In this document: piece after piece, positions 48,231 to 58,332 of the stretch | Numbering within the stretch: the stretch's first letter is position 1 | Layout of the letters: every line of letters begins with the position of its first letter | Assembly (NCBI GenBank): GCA_048270185.1 | Contig: JBLWTJ010000002.1 | Location: forward strand, 352,001 to 416,000 | From: Bacteriovoracaceae bacterium | GTDB lineage: Bacteria; Bdellovibrionota; Bacteriovoracia; Bacteriovoracales; Bacteriovoracaceae | Direction of reading: 5' to 3' | DNA length: 64,000 nt | Translations under genes and position numbers: made by a program | The notes under the pieces: model-generated | The model's database searches: none | What the model was told of the DNA's origin: nothing | The model's input: the letters and a program-made list of their open reading frames with translations, nothing else

Positions 48231-50522
48231 TTAGAATAATTGTCCAATATCAAAATGGAATTTCGTTCCTGCGTTCATGTCTGGGTCAGGGTTGATAGGT
48301 ATCCCCCACTCAAACCTTAGTACACCAATTGGTGAGAACCAGCGGAAACCAAATCCATAGTCCATATATATCTTATCGATATCTTCTAACTTCTTTGCAG
48401 TACCTGCATCAAAGAAAGTAACAAATTTTAAACCAGCTTCTTTTGCTAGAGGGTGTTCGAACTCAAGTGTTGTAAAAATCGTAAATGGTGCACCTGTGTT
48501 GAAAGTTTCAGTCACATCAGGAGTACCTGGATCATTATCATCGTCATAAGTTACAGTTTCTTTCGGTCCAATATCTTCAATATCATAACCGCGTAAATTT
48601 CTTGCACCACCAAGAGAGAATTTTTCATTTCTTGGAACAGGTACACCTTCATCTTCAATCTTTCCAGTATAGAAGCGACTTCTAAAGACTAAATCATTCC
48701 AAACAGGATAGAAGTAACGTAGATCGATTTCATTCTTCCACCACTCCTTATCACCACCAAGGCCTGCATATTCTGTTGCAATATTCCAGTAATAACCATC
48801 TGTTGGTTCAAAACGGTTGTTTCTCTTATCTTTTACGACAGCAAGTCTAATGGAAGACGTTACACCGTCTTCATTTTCGTCAACTGTTGGGTCTTTAATT
48901 TCAGTAAGTTCAGTTGTCTCTAATTTATAAGTCGTAAAGAGTCTTGTGTACTCAAATATAGGGTAACCAATACGAGCAGCAAATCCATATTTCTTATAAT
49001 CATATGAATCAAGTTGAGTATCAACCGTTCTAAAAACCTCACCACCGAGAGTCCATTTTGAATCCATGAAGTATGGTTCAGTAAATGATAGCGAGAAGTT
49101 TTGTTGTTCTTTTGCAATATTCGTTGAGAATGATAATTGTTGCCCTAGACCTCTAAAGTTATTTTGTGAGATCGAAGCTTGAAAGAATCCACCTGTTGCT
49201 GTTGAATAACCTGCTCCAAGAGATATCTGTCCAGTACTCTTTTCTTTAACACTAATTTCAACATCAAGAACATCATCTTGTCCTGGAGAAGAGACAGTAT
49301 TGAAAATAACACTTCCTGGCTCAAAGAATCCTAATCTGTTTACATTCTCTTTCGACTCGCGAAGGCCTGTACCAGAGTATTTTCCACCTTCTTGAATCTT
49401 AAGCTCACGGCGAACAACTTTATCTCGTGTTTTTGAGTTACCAGTAATAGAAATTCGACCAAACTTAGCAAGTTTCCCTTTTTCAAAAGAGTACTGAACA
49501 TCGACCTTATTTTCACCAGGTACTAGTTGGATATTACGAATAACGTTAGCAAAGGCATAACCTAAGTCTTGATATGACTCTGTTAGTGCTTGTATGTCTT
49601 TTCTAAGTAACTCTTCAGAGTATACTTCGCCGGCCCTAAGCTTAGTCTTCTCTCTTAATTCGTCTTCAGTAAAGAGTAGCTCACCTTGGAAATAAACATC
49701 GCGAACATCGAATTTCGGACCTTCCTTAATTTTAACAGTGATAAATACCCACTTCTTATCTTCTGATACTGTAACCTCAGGAACGGCCACATTTACTTGT
49801 AGATAACCCTTCGTTGAATAGAAGTACTTAATACGTTCAATATCAGTTTTGAAGTTTAGCTCTTTGAAGTTTCCTGATCCTGATAAGAAAGAAAAGAGAC
49901 TCTCTTCTCTCGTTTCCATGATCGATTGAACTTCTTCTGGAGCAAAGGCAGTAAGTCCTAAGAAAGTAATTTTCTTAACACGGACTTTATCGTACTCACT
50001 GATATGATAGATTAGATGGACGTTTTCGTTATTAACTCTTTTAACTTCGTATGAAACATTGGCGAGATAGAAACCTTTTTCTTCGTAGGTCTTCTCCATC
50101 TTACGGACATCAGCTTGAATCGAATTAACATCGAGAATTGAATATTCACGAGTCTTAAGGCCTTCACTTAAGTCATCCTTATCAACTTCATCATTTCCTT
50201 GAAAGATAATCTTGGCAACAATAGGCTTTTCAACAACTTTAAAAATTAGCTTATTACCTTCTTGATGGGCCTCTACAGATTCAAAGTACTTTAGATCATA
50301 AATTGTTTTGATATCTTCAAAGAGAATTTGATTCGTTAGAACGAGATCTTTTCTTGAACGTAGCTTATCAAGTACCGCCTCTTTTTCTACTTTCTTTAAA
50401 CCTTGAATTTCAACATTTGAGATTTTGAAATAGCGAACTCTTGGTCCAATTTCACTTGCAAAAATATTAAGTGTTATTGAAATAAAAAATAAATATATAA
50501 AACTCTTCCAAGAGTTGATCAT
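48231..50522 (-). CDS. bamA: Outer membrane protein assembly factor BamA
   Basis: POTRA repeats (V.EKP, GN.KTRDKV.RRE), LRGY, W.SP.G.LRF, C-terminal F. Confidence 0.97.
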   Translation of the reverse strand: MINSWKSFIYLFFISITLNIFASEIGPRVRYFKISNVEIQGLKKVEKEAVLDKLRSRKDLVLTNQILFEDIKTIYDLKYFESVEAHQEGNKLIFKVVEKPIVAKIIFQGNDEVDKDDLSEGLKTREYSILDVNSIQADVRKMEKTYEEKGFYLANVSYEVKRVNNENVHLIYHISEYDKVRVKKITFLGLTAFAPEEVQSIMETREESLFSFLSGSGNFKELNFKTDIERIKYFYSTKGYLQVNVAVPEVTVSEDKKWVFITVKIKEGPKFDVRDVYFQGELLFTEDELREKTKLRAGEVYSEELLRKDIQALTESYQDLGYAFANVIRNIQLVPGENKVDVQYSFEKGKLAKFGRISITGNSKTRDKVVRRELKIQEGGKYSGTGLRESKENVNRLGFFEPGSVIFNTVSSPGQDDVLDVEISVKEKSTGQISLGAGYSTATGGFFQASISQNNFRGLGQQLSFSTNIAKEQQNFSLSFTEPYFMDSKWTLGGEVFRTVDTQLDSYDYKKYGFAARIGYPIFEYTRLFTTYKLETTELTEIKDPTVDENEDGVTSSIRLAVVKDKRNNRFEPTDGYYWNIATEYAGLGGDKEWWKNEIDLRYFYPVWNDLVFRSRFYTGKIEDEGVPVPRNEKFSLGGARNLRGYDIEDIGPKETVTYDDDNDPGTPDVTETFNTGAPFTIFTTLEFEHPLAKEAGLKFVTFFDAGTAKKLEDIDKIYMDYGFGFRWFSPIGVLRFEWGIPINPDPDMNAGTKFHFDIGQLF

Positions 50523-50633
50523 TCAGTCTCCGTGATCTTGTCATGTGTGTGTATGCAGACAAAAAATACTTGAGTAAAAAAATATCAATAATCTTACAAA
50601 CTTACAAAAAGAAAAACGAACATGGTGCGCAAA

Positions 50634-51290
50634 TTAATGCAGAATCCCATCCACCATCGTATGGACTTTACTAAACTTTTGAGACATTCCCTCGTCGTGC
50701 GTCACAACAAGAAGCGTTGTTCCAAGTTCACGGGAAAGCTTAAAAATTAGATCCGCCACAATAGAAGAATTTTTAGAATCGAGGTTCCCTGTAGGCTCAT
50801 CACAAAGAAGAAGCTTAGGACGCAGTGATAGAGCGCGAATGAGGTTAATTCTTTGCTGTTGCCCACCTGAAATCTCGTAAGGATAGCGAGTTAAGCAAGC
50901 ATCAACTCCAAGTGTCTTAGCAAGTGATGTTATATAATCTTTTACTTTTGACACGTCGTGACCACCAAGTCGGGCCGGTAGTAGAATATTTTCAAGACAA
51001 GTTAGTGACGATAATAAAAAGTGAAATTGGAAAACAAATCCTATTTTGGAGTTTCGGTATTTTGCTAACTTTGCGTCATTTAATTTACTTAGATTGAGTT
51101 TATCAACTGTAATATCACCTGAAGTAATATCTTCAAGTCCACCAATCAAATATAAAAGAGTTGATTTACCACAGCCAGATGCACCTTTAATTACACATTG
51201 TTCACCTTGTTCAAGCGTAAGGTTCACACCTTTTAAAATGTGTGAATTTCCAAAGTCTTTATAAACATTTGATACATTTAATATGCTCAT
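50634..51290 (-). CDS. lolD: Lipoprotein-releasing ABC ATPase LolD
   Basis: GASGCGKST, RN.KIGFVFQFH.L, DEPTGNLD; next to lolC/E and bamA. Confidence 0.85.
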   Translation of the reverse strand: MSILNVSNVYKDFGNSHILKGVNLTLEQGEQCVIKGASGCGKSTLLYLIGGLEDITSGDITVDKLNLSKLNDAKLAKYRNSKIGFVFQFHFLLSSLTCLENILLPARLGGHDVSKVKDYITSLAKTLGVDACLTRYPYEISGGQQQRINLIRALSLRPKLLLCDEPTGNLDSKNSSIVADLIFKLSRELGTTLLVVTHDEGMSQKFSKVHTMVDGILH

Positions 51291-52484
51291 TTAAGAAAAC
51301 TCCTCTCTTAGACCTTGTGCCATTGACTTCGAATCAAGTCGCTTAAGAACTACCAGTGTTAAGAATAGAATAAATATAAGTGATAGACAGCCAACAATTA
51401 AAATATCTTTAAAAGATAAATAGAGCTCAATACGATTGAGATGATAGACGTCTGTTGGCAGTGAAAAAATATCAAGTGTCTGTAGTAAGTAATCAAAGAT
51501 TTCAACGCAGATAAGTGAGCCGATAAAGGCAATGAACCAAATACCAATATTTTGAATAAGCCAGAGGCTCCTAAACTTACGCGGAGAAAGGCCGATGGCA
51601 TAGAGTAGAAAAATTTCTTGAGATCTTCTTTCCTTTGAAAAAATTATGAAGGCCAGGCAATTAAAGATTGCTAGGATTACAACAATTGAAAAGACAATTG
51701 AGATCATATATTTTTCAAATTCGACGGCCTTTAAGAAAGTCTCAAAATCACTCCAGTAAGGAGCAATACTATAATTATAATAGAAGATACTTCTCATATC
51801 AGAGACGACTTCACTAATCTTATCAATTGAACGATGATCCTGATCTAGTCTTAGGCTCATCATATTAATCTTCTTATCCACCCCTAAAAGGGTTTGAAGA
51901 TTCTTTAGATTTACATATACAAATCGATTTCGATATTCATGAATTTTAAACGGAACAACTGCAGTAACTTTGAGAACAGAGCTGGTTGGCAGATAGCGCT
52001 CCCCTAGCTTTCCAGCAGAGAAACTAAATCTTAATGTATCGCCTTTTCTCACACCAAGAGTGTTAGCAAGTAGATCACCAATAATGACTTCGTTTGCTTT
52101 AGGTGCAAAAAGTTCATTCTTAAGTTTTAATACTGATTCATCAATACCAACAACAAAAACAGCCTTTCCTTTATCATTGAAATTTACAAATGACTGTGTT
52201 CGAAGCATTGGAATTTTTGATTCAATCGGAAAATTTGCAAGATCCTTTTCTTCATTTTCGTTGAGATTAAAGAAGCCATTTGTGGCCGTCATAATAACCT
52301 CACCACTTCCTGCATTTAGTGACTTCTTAAGAGTTACCCCAAAGCCATCCATTAGGGCGAGGCTACACAAAATGACTGCAAGAGAGAACATAAGTCCTAA
52401 TATAGTCGCACCAATAAAGTAACGTGAAGATCGATCACGAAAAAAAAGTAATTGGAAATCTTTTAATAGATAAAAGAAGCTCAA
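51291..52484 (-). CDS. LolC/LolE-like ABC permease
   Basis: 4-TM MacB/FtsX topology, MDGF...L, EK, EI..L.AIG, DVY. Confidence 0.85.
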   Translation of the reverse strand: MSFFYLLKDFQLLFFRDRSSRYFIGATILGLMFSLAVILCSLALMDGFGVTLKKSLNAGSGEVIMTATNGFFNLNENEEKDLANFPIESKIPMLRTQSFVNFNDKGKAVFVVGIDESVLKLKNELFAPKANEVIIGDLLANTLGVRKGDTLRFSFSAGKLGERYLPTSSVLKVTAVVPFKIHEYRNRFVYVNLKNLQTLLGVDKKINMMSLRLDQDHRSIDKISEVVSDMRSIFYYNYSIAPYWSDFETFLKAVEFEKYMISIVFSIVVILAIFNCLAFIIFSKERRSQEIFLLYAIGLSPRKFRSLWLIQNIGIWFIAFIGSLICVEIFDYLLQTLDIFSLPTDVYHLNRIELYLSFKDILIVGCLSLIFILFLTLVVLKRLDSKSMAQGLREEFS

Positions 52485-52487
52485 GCT

Positions 52488-53619
52488 CTAGTTTTCCTTT
52501 TTGCCATCAACCGACCAACGAAGGTAAGCATCCATAAAGCCATCAACATCTCCATCTAAAACTTTTTCAGCTTGTGATGATTCAAAGTTAGTACGATGAT
52601 CTTTAACCATTTTATATGGATGAAGAACATAAGAGCGAATCTGTGCACCCCAACCAATCTCTTTCTTATTGGCCTCTTCTTCAGCAGCCGCTTCTCTTTG
52701 CTTTTCAAGCTCTAATTCATAAAGTCTCGACTTTAGAACTTTCATGGCCTGAATTTTATTTTGTAATTGTGACCTTTCGTTCTGACATGTTACAACCAAT
52801 CCTGTCGGATGGTGAGTAATCCTAACTGCAGAGTCCGTTGTATTAACAGACTGTCCACCTGCTCCACCAGAGCGGTATACATCAATTCGAATATCTTTAT
52901 CTGCTACTTCAATTTCAATATCATCATCAACTTCAGGTGAAACAAAAATTGAAGCAAAAGAAGTGTGTCTTCTACTAGCTGAATCAAAAGGAGAGATGCG
53001 AACTAGACGGTGCACACCTGTTTCTGATTTTAAATTTCCGTAAGCGTAATTACCTTCGATTAACATCGTTGCAGATTTAATTCCGGCACTATCTCCATCT
53101 TGCACGTCGAGAACCTGTACTTTAAATTTCTTGTGTTCGGCCCATCGATTAATCATACGAAAGAGCATACTTGCCCAGTCACATGATTCTGTACCACCAG
53201 CACCTGCATTAATACTAACGATAGCATTATTTTGGTCGGCATCATCTGAAAGAAGAACCTTCAATTCGGCCTTATTAAAAGCTTCTAGAAATTGTTGTGT
53301 TAATTCAATTGCAGATACTGCAGACTCTTCATCCCCTTCACTTGCGTATTCAAGAAGGATTTCAAATTCATCATAGAGATCTTTTAACTTTGTATAAGTT
53401 CCTACAACGTCTTCTAATAAGTTTTTTTCTTTCTGAACTTTGGCGGCGTTTTGGTTATCATCCCAGAATCCAGGGAGGGCCTCCATATCTTGAATTTCAC
53501 TTATACGTGCTGACTTTTGGTCAACATCAAAGTGACCTCCTAAGGCTTGCTAATTTATCCTTATAGTCGGCCATTAATGATTTCTTCTCACCTAATTGTA
53601 TGCGAATACTTTCTTCCAT
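52488..53619 (-). CDS. prfB: Peptide chain release factor 2 with programmed +1 frameshift
   Basis: SPF and GGQ motifs. First 30 codons run from ATG at 53619 (MEESIRIQ...SLRRSL) to CTT-TGA at 53532-53527, then continue DVDQKSARISEIQDMEAL in the +1 frame. Confidence 0.96.
53526..53541 (-). promoter_or_regulatory. prfB +1 frameshift cassette
   Basis: AGGAGG-TCA-CTT-TGA-T: internal SD, 3-nt spacer, slippery codon and stop. Confidence 0.93.
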
Positions 53620-54161
53620 TATTTCCTAGCCTTTTTAATTTTTAAAAGTATCTCTTTTTCAAGAGCTTCCATAATATCTTCTTCTTTTTGAGAAATTTCG
53701 TGATCATATCCTAACAAATGCAGGAGTCCATGACAAAACAAGTGAATAACCTCTTGTTCGAGATTTAGATCAAATTCCTTTGCTTGCTTGGCCGCGACAT
53801 TACGACTGATAATGATGTCCCCTAACATAACCGGTCCAGGCAGAACGAAATCCGTACTATCAGGTCTAAGAGAATCATACATAGGGAATGAAAGAACATC
53901 TGTCGTCTTATTTTTACCTCGATGATCGCGGTTAATTTGCTTCATACGAGTATCACCGCAAAAATGGAGATCGACTTCAATCTCAACGTGAGTTTTCTTA
54001 TTTAAACAAGTATTTCTTGAGTAAAGAAAATTGCTTAAGACAATCAGTGAGTCTTTTATGATTTTTTCGCACTTGCTTAGCCCCCAAGTCGAGCGTGCGT
54101 TATCTGTAATATTCACAGATAAACGAGAGTTATTCACAGAAATGGATTTGCGTTGAGTCAT
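53619..54161 (-). CDS. ybeY: rRNA maturation endoribonuclease YbeY
   Basis: N...R.KN.TTDVLSFP, LGDI.IS, HGLLHLLGYDH. Confidence 0.96.
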   Translation of the reverse strand: MTQRKSISVNNSRLSVNITDNARSTWGLSKCEKIIKDSLIVLSNFLYSRNTCLNKKTHVEIEVDLHFCGDTRMKQINRDHRGKNKTTDVLSFPMYDSLRPDSTDFVLPGPVMLGDIIISRNVAAKQAKEFDLNLEQEVIHLFCHGLLHLLGYDHEISQKEEDIMEALEKEILLKIKKARK

Positions 54162-54225
54162 TATTTCTTTTCTCTTTGCTTGGGTGTAGTATTAATTCAT
54201 TAGATTATATTACTAAGGCCAAGTT

Positions 54226-55029
54226 ATGTCACTAAGCGAGATGGAAAGATTAAGAGAAGTTGTCGCCAAATTAAGAGATCCAAAGGATGGTTGTCCTTGG
54301 GACTTAAAGCAGACACATCGATCTCTTCTAAAGTATTTAATGGAAGAATCTTATGAGTACATGCATGCTGTCGAAGAGAATAATTTCTCAAAGATGGAAG
54401 ATGAACTAGGAGACGTACTCTTACAAGTTGTCCTCCACTCTCAGCTAGCGAGTGAAGTTGGTAAGTTTGATTTAAACTCGGTTGCTAAAACTATCGCAGA
54501 CAAAATGGTTCGTCGCCACCCCCATGTTTTTACGGAAAATAAGGCCCGCGATATCAAAGAAATTAAAGACAACTGGGAAGCTATCAAGAAAGCCGAAAAG
54601 GCAAATGAAGATAGTCTTAAGAAGTACGAAATTTGTGATGAACTCCTTTCTTTTCCTGCCCTAACAAGCTCGGCCAAGATCGGTAAGAAAACTAACAAAA
54701 TAAACTTTGACTGGGAAGATTACACACAAGTAATGTATAAAGTCGAAGAAGAGTGGCAAGAGTTAAAAGAAGAAATTACTCCAGGACGTGAAATGAATAA
54801 AGAGCGCGTTCAAGAAGAATTAGGAGATCTTCTCTTCTCTGTTGCTCAACTTGCAAGACATCTGGAACTTGATCCAGAAGTAACGCTTCGAGAAGCAAAC
54901 CTTAAGTTTAAGAGAAGGTTTAATCAACTTGAAGATATTGCAAGAGATGAAGGAATAAGTATTCGCGAAAGTTCTCAATCTGAACTTGAAACCCTTTGGT
55001 CGCGTGTCAAAGAAATAGAAAAAAGTTAA
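54226..55029 (+). CDS. mazG: Nucleoside triphosphate pyrophosphohydrolase MazG
   Basis: LRDP..GCPWD..QT, EE.YE, ELGD.L.QVV.H, RRHPHVF. Confidence 0.96.
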   Translation: MSLSEMERLREVVAKLRDPKDGCPWDLKQTHRSLLKYLMEESYEYMHAVEENNFSKMEDELGDVLLQVVLHSQLASEVGKFDLNSVAKTIADKMVRRHPHVFTENKARDIKEIKDNWEAIKKAEKANEDSLKKYEICDELLSFPALTSSAKIGKKTNKINFDWEDYTQVMYKVEEEWQELKEEITPGREMNKERVQEELGDLLFSVAQLARHLELDPEVTLREANLKFKRRFNQLEDIARDEGISIRESSQSELETLWSRVKEIEKS

Positions 55030-55033
55030 CGGT

Positions 55034-55684
55034 ATGAAAGCATCACCAATCAAACTTAAAAAGAATTTTGTAACATTAAAACAAGAAAAGCGTCTTTATC
55101 AAATGCCTTGTCCCATTGTTGGACTAACGGGTGGTATCGCCACAGGTAAATCAACAGTCAGTAAGAGATTACATGAATTAAATTTCCCAATTGTTGATGC
55201 CGATGTACTTGTCAAAGAGGTTTATAAATCAAAAGAGTCTCTAGAGCATTTGAGAAAATATTATTCACAAGTTGTTAATGAAGATAACTCAATTAATTTT
55301 AAGTTATTAAGAGAATATTTCTTTCAAGATATTCAGATTCAAAATGATATTGAAAGTTTAATATATCGCCAATTACCTGATGTTTTTCTAAAAGCGTATA
55401 AAGAGCTAGGTTCACCAAAAGTTCTTATCTATGATGTACCTCTTCTCTTCGAAAAGAATTTAGATTCATTTATCGACTTCAAGGCCGTCGTCTATTGTCC
55501 TCGTGCAAAGCAGATGGAGCGTTTAATGGAAAGAGATGGGATAACAAAAGATCTAGCCTGTAAGATTCTCTCTAAGCAAATCGATATTGAAGAAAAGGCA
55601 AAGAGTGCTGACTTTGTTATCGATAACTCAGGAAAGCCAGAAGAGCTTAACTTGAATATGTTCTTAGAACACTTTGACTTATAG
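55034..55684 (+). CDS. coaE: Dephospho-CoA kinase
   Basis: GLTGGIATGKSTV, DAD, DVPLLFE, RL..RD, DFVIDN. Confidence 0.95.
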   Translation: MKASPIKLKKNFVTLKQEKRLYQMPCPIVGLTGGIATGKSTVSKRLHELNFPIVDADVLVKEVYKSKESLEHLRKYYSQVVNEDNSINFKLLREYFFQDIQIQNDIESLIYRQLPDVFLKAYKELGSPKVLIYDVPLLFEKNLDSFIDFKAVVYCPRAKQMERLMERDGITKDLACKILSKQIDIEEKAKSADFVIDNSGKPEELNLNMFLEHFDL

Positions 55685-55686
55685 TT

Positions 55687-56526
55687 TTAAAATTTAAAAA
55701 TATTAACGTGATCAGAATGAGCGATATCAGGACAATCAAATACGCTTCTGTAAACATTGGTGTATTTACTCCATGGCCCTTTCACTTCTTGGCATAGTAC
55801 TAGATTTGCAGTCTTGTTCTTAGAGGGTGACTTTTGAATCTTATTCATTACACTTTGAAATCCTTCAGGACTTGCAAAGTGCAGTAATCTTCTTTCTCCA
55901 AGATGAAGCTTATCAATCTCATATTCCATCTTAGACAATGATTTTATTGTTTTAAAATTTCGATAACATTCTATTCGAGATGAATAAATTGCATCTTTTA
56001 AGTTATGAGAAGCTGAAAAACCATAAATATATTTTGAGTCTTGTTTATCAAAGACAATCGTAAAATATAAACCTAGTTCATTATCAAAATAAATAGCCGT
56101 CTTACTCTCTTCACTATAAGTGAGTTTTATATCGCCATTCCAAAAGGAAAGAAGTGCCCATCGTTCAAAAGCTTCTTGTATTGAGTTTCTCCTAGCAATA
56201 TTTCGAAGAATATTTGGATAAGCACTAAAACCAGAAGAATCGTTAATAATATCGTAGCCGAGATTGTTGTCTCCTTTAGTCTGAGAATAGGCCCATCTTT
56301 CTAGCGCCTCAGAAATAGATTTCATTAAAGCAACGACTTTATTTGAAGAACTCCCCATCCCGGCGGCATTAGAATGTATTTCATAATGAGGTTTGTATTT
56401 TAAGAGATCTTCATTCAGATATGCTAAGGCCTCAAAGCCTAACTCATCTTGAAGAATTTCTCTCTTCCGAACAATAATTCTTTCAAAAACTTCTTTATTA
56501 GAAAGTAGCTTGAAGTATTGAAGCAT
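55687..56526 (-). CDS. Short stand-alone YcaO-like protein
   Basis: G.G......A..S..EALERW, DSSGFSA, QEAFERW and YG.SA......A.....E..R, in the order of the YcaO ATP-binding motifs; ATG at 56526 is 1 nt after the upstream stop. Confidence 0.75.
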   Translation of the reverse strand: MLQYFKLLSNKEVFERIIVRKREILQDELGFEALAYLNEDLLKYKPHYEIHSNAAGMGSSSNKVVALMKSISEALERWAYSQTKGDNNLGYDIINDSSGFSAYPNILRNIARRNSIQEAFERWALLSFWNGDIKLTYSEESKTAIYFDNELGLYFTIVFDKQDSKYIYGFSASHNLKDAIYSSRIECYRNFKTIKSLSKMEYEIDKLHLGERRLLHFASPEGFQSVMNKIQKSPSKNKTANLVLCQEVKGPWSKYTNVYRSVFDCPDIAHSDHVNIFKF

Positions 56527-56527
56527 A

Positions 56528-57997
56528 TTAATTTGAGCCAAGCCAATTGAAGTCTACAGGTGGTTGTAGCAAATTTATCTTACTAATATCAATAAAGGAT
56601 TTATAGAGTAAGCCATTTGAGAAATTAGCAATTGGCCAAATAACGGCTTGATCCCACAATTTTTGATTTACCTTTTGAATATCGATCTTTCCTTCTAGTA
56701 GAGGAGAAATACTTCCATCGATATCAGGTAAGCGAATTCCCTTAGATGATCGAAACATGAATCGAATATCATCATCTGGTTCTTCCACATGAACGCCGGT
56801 ATGGATGCCACATAGATCTAATTCATATTCTTTTAAACCTGATGCAAACTCCTTTCCTACAGTTTTTAGTGGTACGTCTTTACGTTCTGGTTTTGCCCCG
56901 ACTAAATTAGTGTTTAAGATGGCACTATCTAAGCTTTTCCAAAACTTGAAGTCACTATTGGTAAAATTTCTAAAATTTAATCGTGCGTTTTTAGTTTTTA
57001 ATTCATTTTCATTTGATACACTTGAATCAACAATCGACACTCCTTTAATTGAGCGTGGAAAGAAAGTTCGAAGAACGGCCATACCATCTTCTTCCATTTT
57101 CTTGTAAATGTGATCACGTATAATTCGACGATTTTCAATATTGTAGCAGATGCTATCAGGATGACTCCAAGACTGACATCTTAGGTACGCAATCCCTGTC
57201 TCGACACCACCAGAGAATTGATAAGCAGAACTCGCATCGACATTAATTGAAGTCCCTCGCTTTAAATCAACATTGTCTTTTTGACTTGAATCCCAAGTAA
57301 TAAGAATTTTTTCAAATCTACTTGAGTGACCAAAAGAATCAATATCTTGTCGTAACTTTAAAGTCAGCTTTTTATCCTCAAGACTTGGTTCCGCTACAAT
57401 ATATGATCCAGATGAAATTGGAGATAAATTTGCGATCCACTTTCCACTTTCATCATAATCTTTAGAGTTAGTTATTCCATAAATGCCAAAACTAGCGAAA
57501 TTAGTAAATCTCTCAACAGGCTTTATAAAATTGAATGTAACGCTTTCATTATCGTACACAAGACCTGCAATTTCCGAATTAATAGAATTTATATTTTCAT
57601 AACCTACAAGGAGATCTAGAAACTCATCTTTTGATTTCTTCTCTTTTAGTAAAAGAGCAATACGAGTGAAAGATTTAACAACCTCTTTTGGTCCTAGTAC
57701 ATCTCCATTAGAGAATTTTAGATTAGGCTTTATCTTAATTATCCACTTTGTCTTATCTTGATTAGTTGTCCAAGATTCAGCAATGTGCCCTACTGGACCT
57801 TCTGCAGAATAAAGTGTTGTTAAGCTAGCAAAAACCGAACGATAAACAGCATGGTGAGCTGAGTAGTCATACTCAAGCGGGTCACTGGAATAGGGAGCTG
57901 TTGGATAGAAGAATGTAATTTCTTTATTTTTTATTGTCATACAACCCGTTAATAAAAGTACAAAGAAACACAGTAAGGAATTTTTAACCCCATTCAT
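56528..57997 (-). CDS. Family 5 (OppA/DppA-like) solute-binding lipoprotein
   Basis: Lipobox LTGC; DP, IAESW..N.D...W...I.PNLKFSNG..L....V..SF, PI.SG.Y. Confidence 0.85.
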   Translation of the reverse strand: MNGVKNSLLCFFVLLLTGCMTIKNKEITFFYPTAPYSSDPLEYDYSAHHAVYRSVFASLTTLYSAEGPVGHIAESWTTNQDKTKWIIKIKPNLKFSNGDVLGPKEVVKSFTRIALLLKEKKSKDEFLDLLVGYENINSINSEIAGLVYDNESVTFNFIKPVERFTNFASFGIYGITNSKDYDESGKWIANLSPISSGSYIVAEPSLEDKKLTLKLRQDIDSFGHSSRFEKILITWDSSQKDNVDLKRGTSINVDASSAYQFSGGVETGIAYLRCQSWSHPDSICYNIENRRIIRDHIYKKMEEDGMAVLRTFFPRSIKGVSIVDSSVSNENELKTKNARLNFRNFTNSDFKFWKSLDSAILNTNLVGAKPERKDVPLKTVGKEFASGLKEYELDLCGIHTGVHVEEPDDDIRFMFRSSKGIRLPDIDGSISPLLEGKIDIQKVNQKLWDQAVIWPIANFSNGLLYKSFIDISKINLLQPPVDFNWLGSN

Positions 57998-58250
57998 TTG
58001 TTGTATTTCTCTCTAGAATATCTTTAAGAGGAATTTTAATTCTATCAGACATTTCCTTCAACTGGTCAATAGTCATCTGATCAATTTCCATTTGAATGTC
58101 TTTTAAATCTTTAATTTCTTTCGCTTCTTTATCTTTATGCTTATTCAAGTAATCTTTTAAAGCTTCATCAAGATCAGTTAAAACCACTTCTTGGGCCAGT
58201 GAAGTTAAAGACAATAGCAGAAATAGAATTGAACTAAATAATTTACACAT
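57984..58250 (-). CDS. 88-aa secreted peptide, candidate precursor
   Basis: AGAAGG RBS; signal MCKLFSSILFLLLSLTSLA|; helical K/D/E body; C-terminus ERNTTNEWG; overlaps SBP start by 14 nt. Confidence 0.75.
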   Translation of the reverse strand: MCKLFSSILFLLLSLTSLAQEVVLTDLDEALKDYLNKHKDKEAKEIKDLKDIQMEIDQMTIDQLKEMSDRIKIPLKDILERNTTNEWG

Positions 58251-58332
58251 AATACCTTCTCTCTTTATTAGCGATTCTTGGTGTGATAACAAAACCTAAG
58301 TAGTTGATCAATACAACAAGAAAACTTTACAC

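Noticed and set aside
52488..53619. prfB as a pseudogene
   Set aside because: The break is the canonical programmed frameshift with an internal SD.
54226..55029. mazG as part of a toxin-antitoxin or anti-phage module
   Set aside because: Full-length two-domain housekeeping MazG with no mazEF or defence genes nearby.
58251..58332. Sigma-28 or sigma-54 promoter, or operator repeats, in the cassette's divergent spacer
   Set aside because: No correctly spaced consensus found on either strand.
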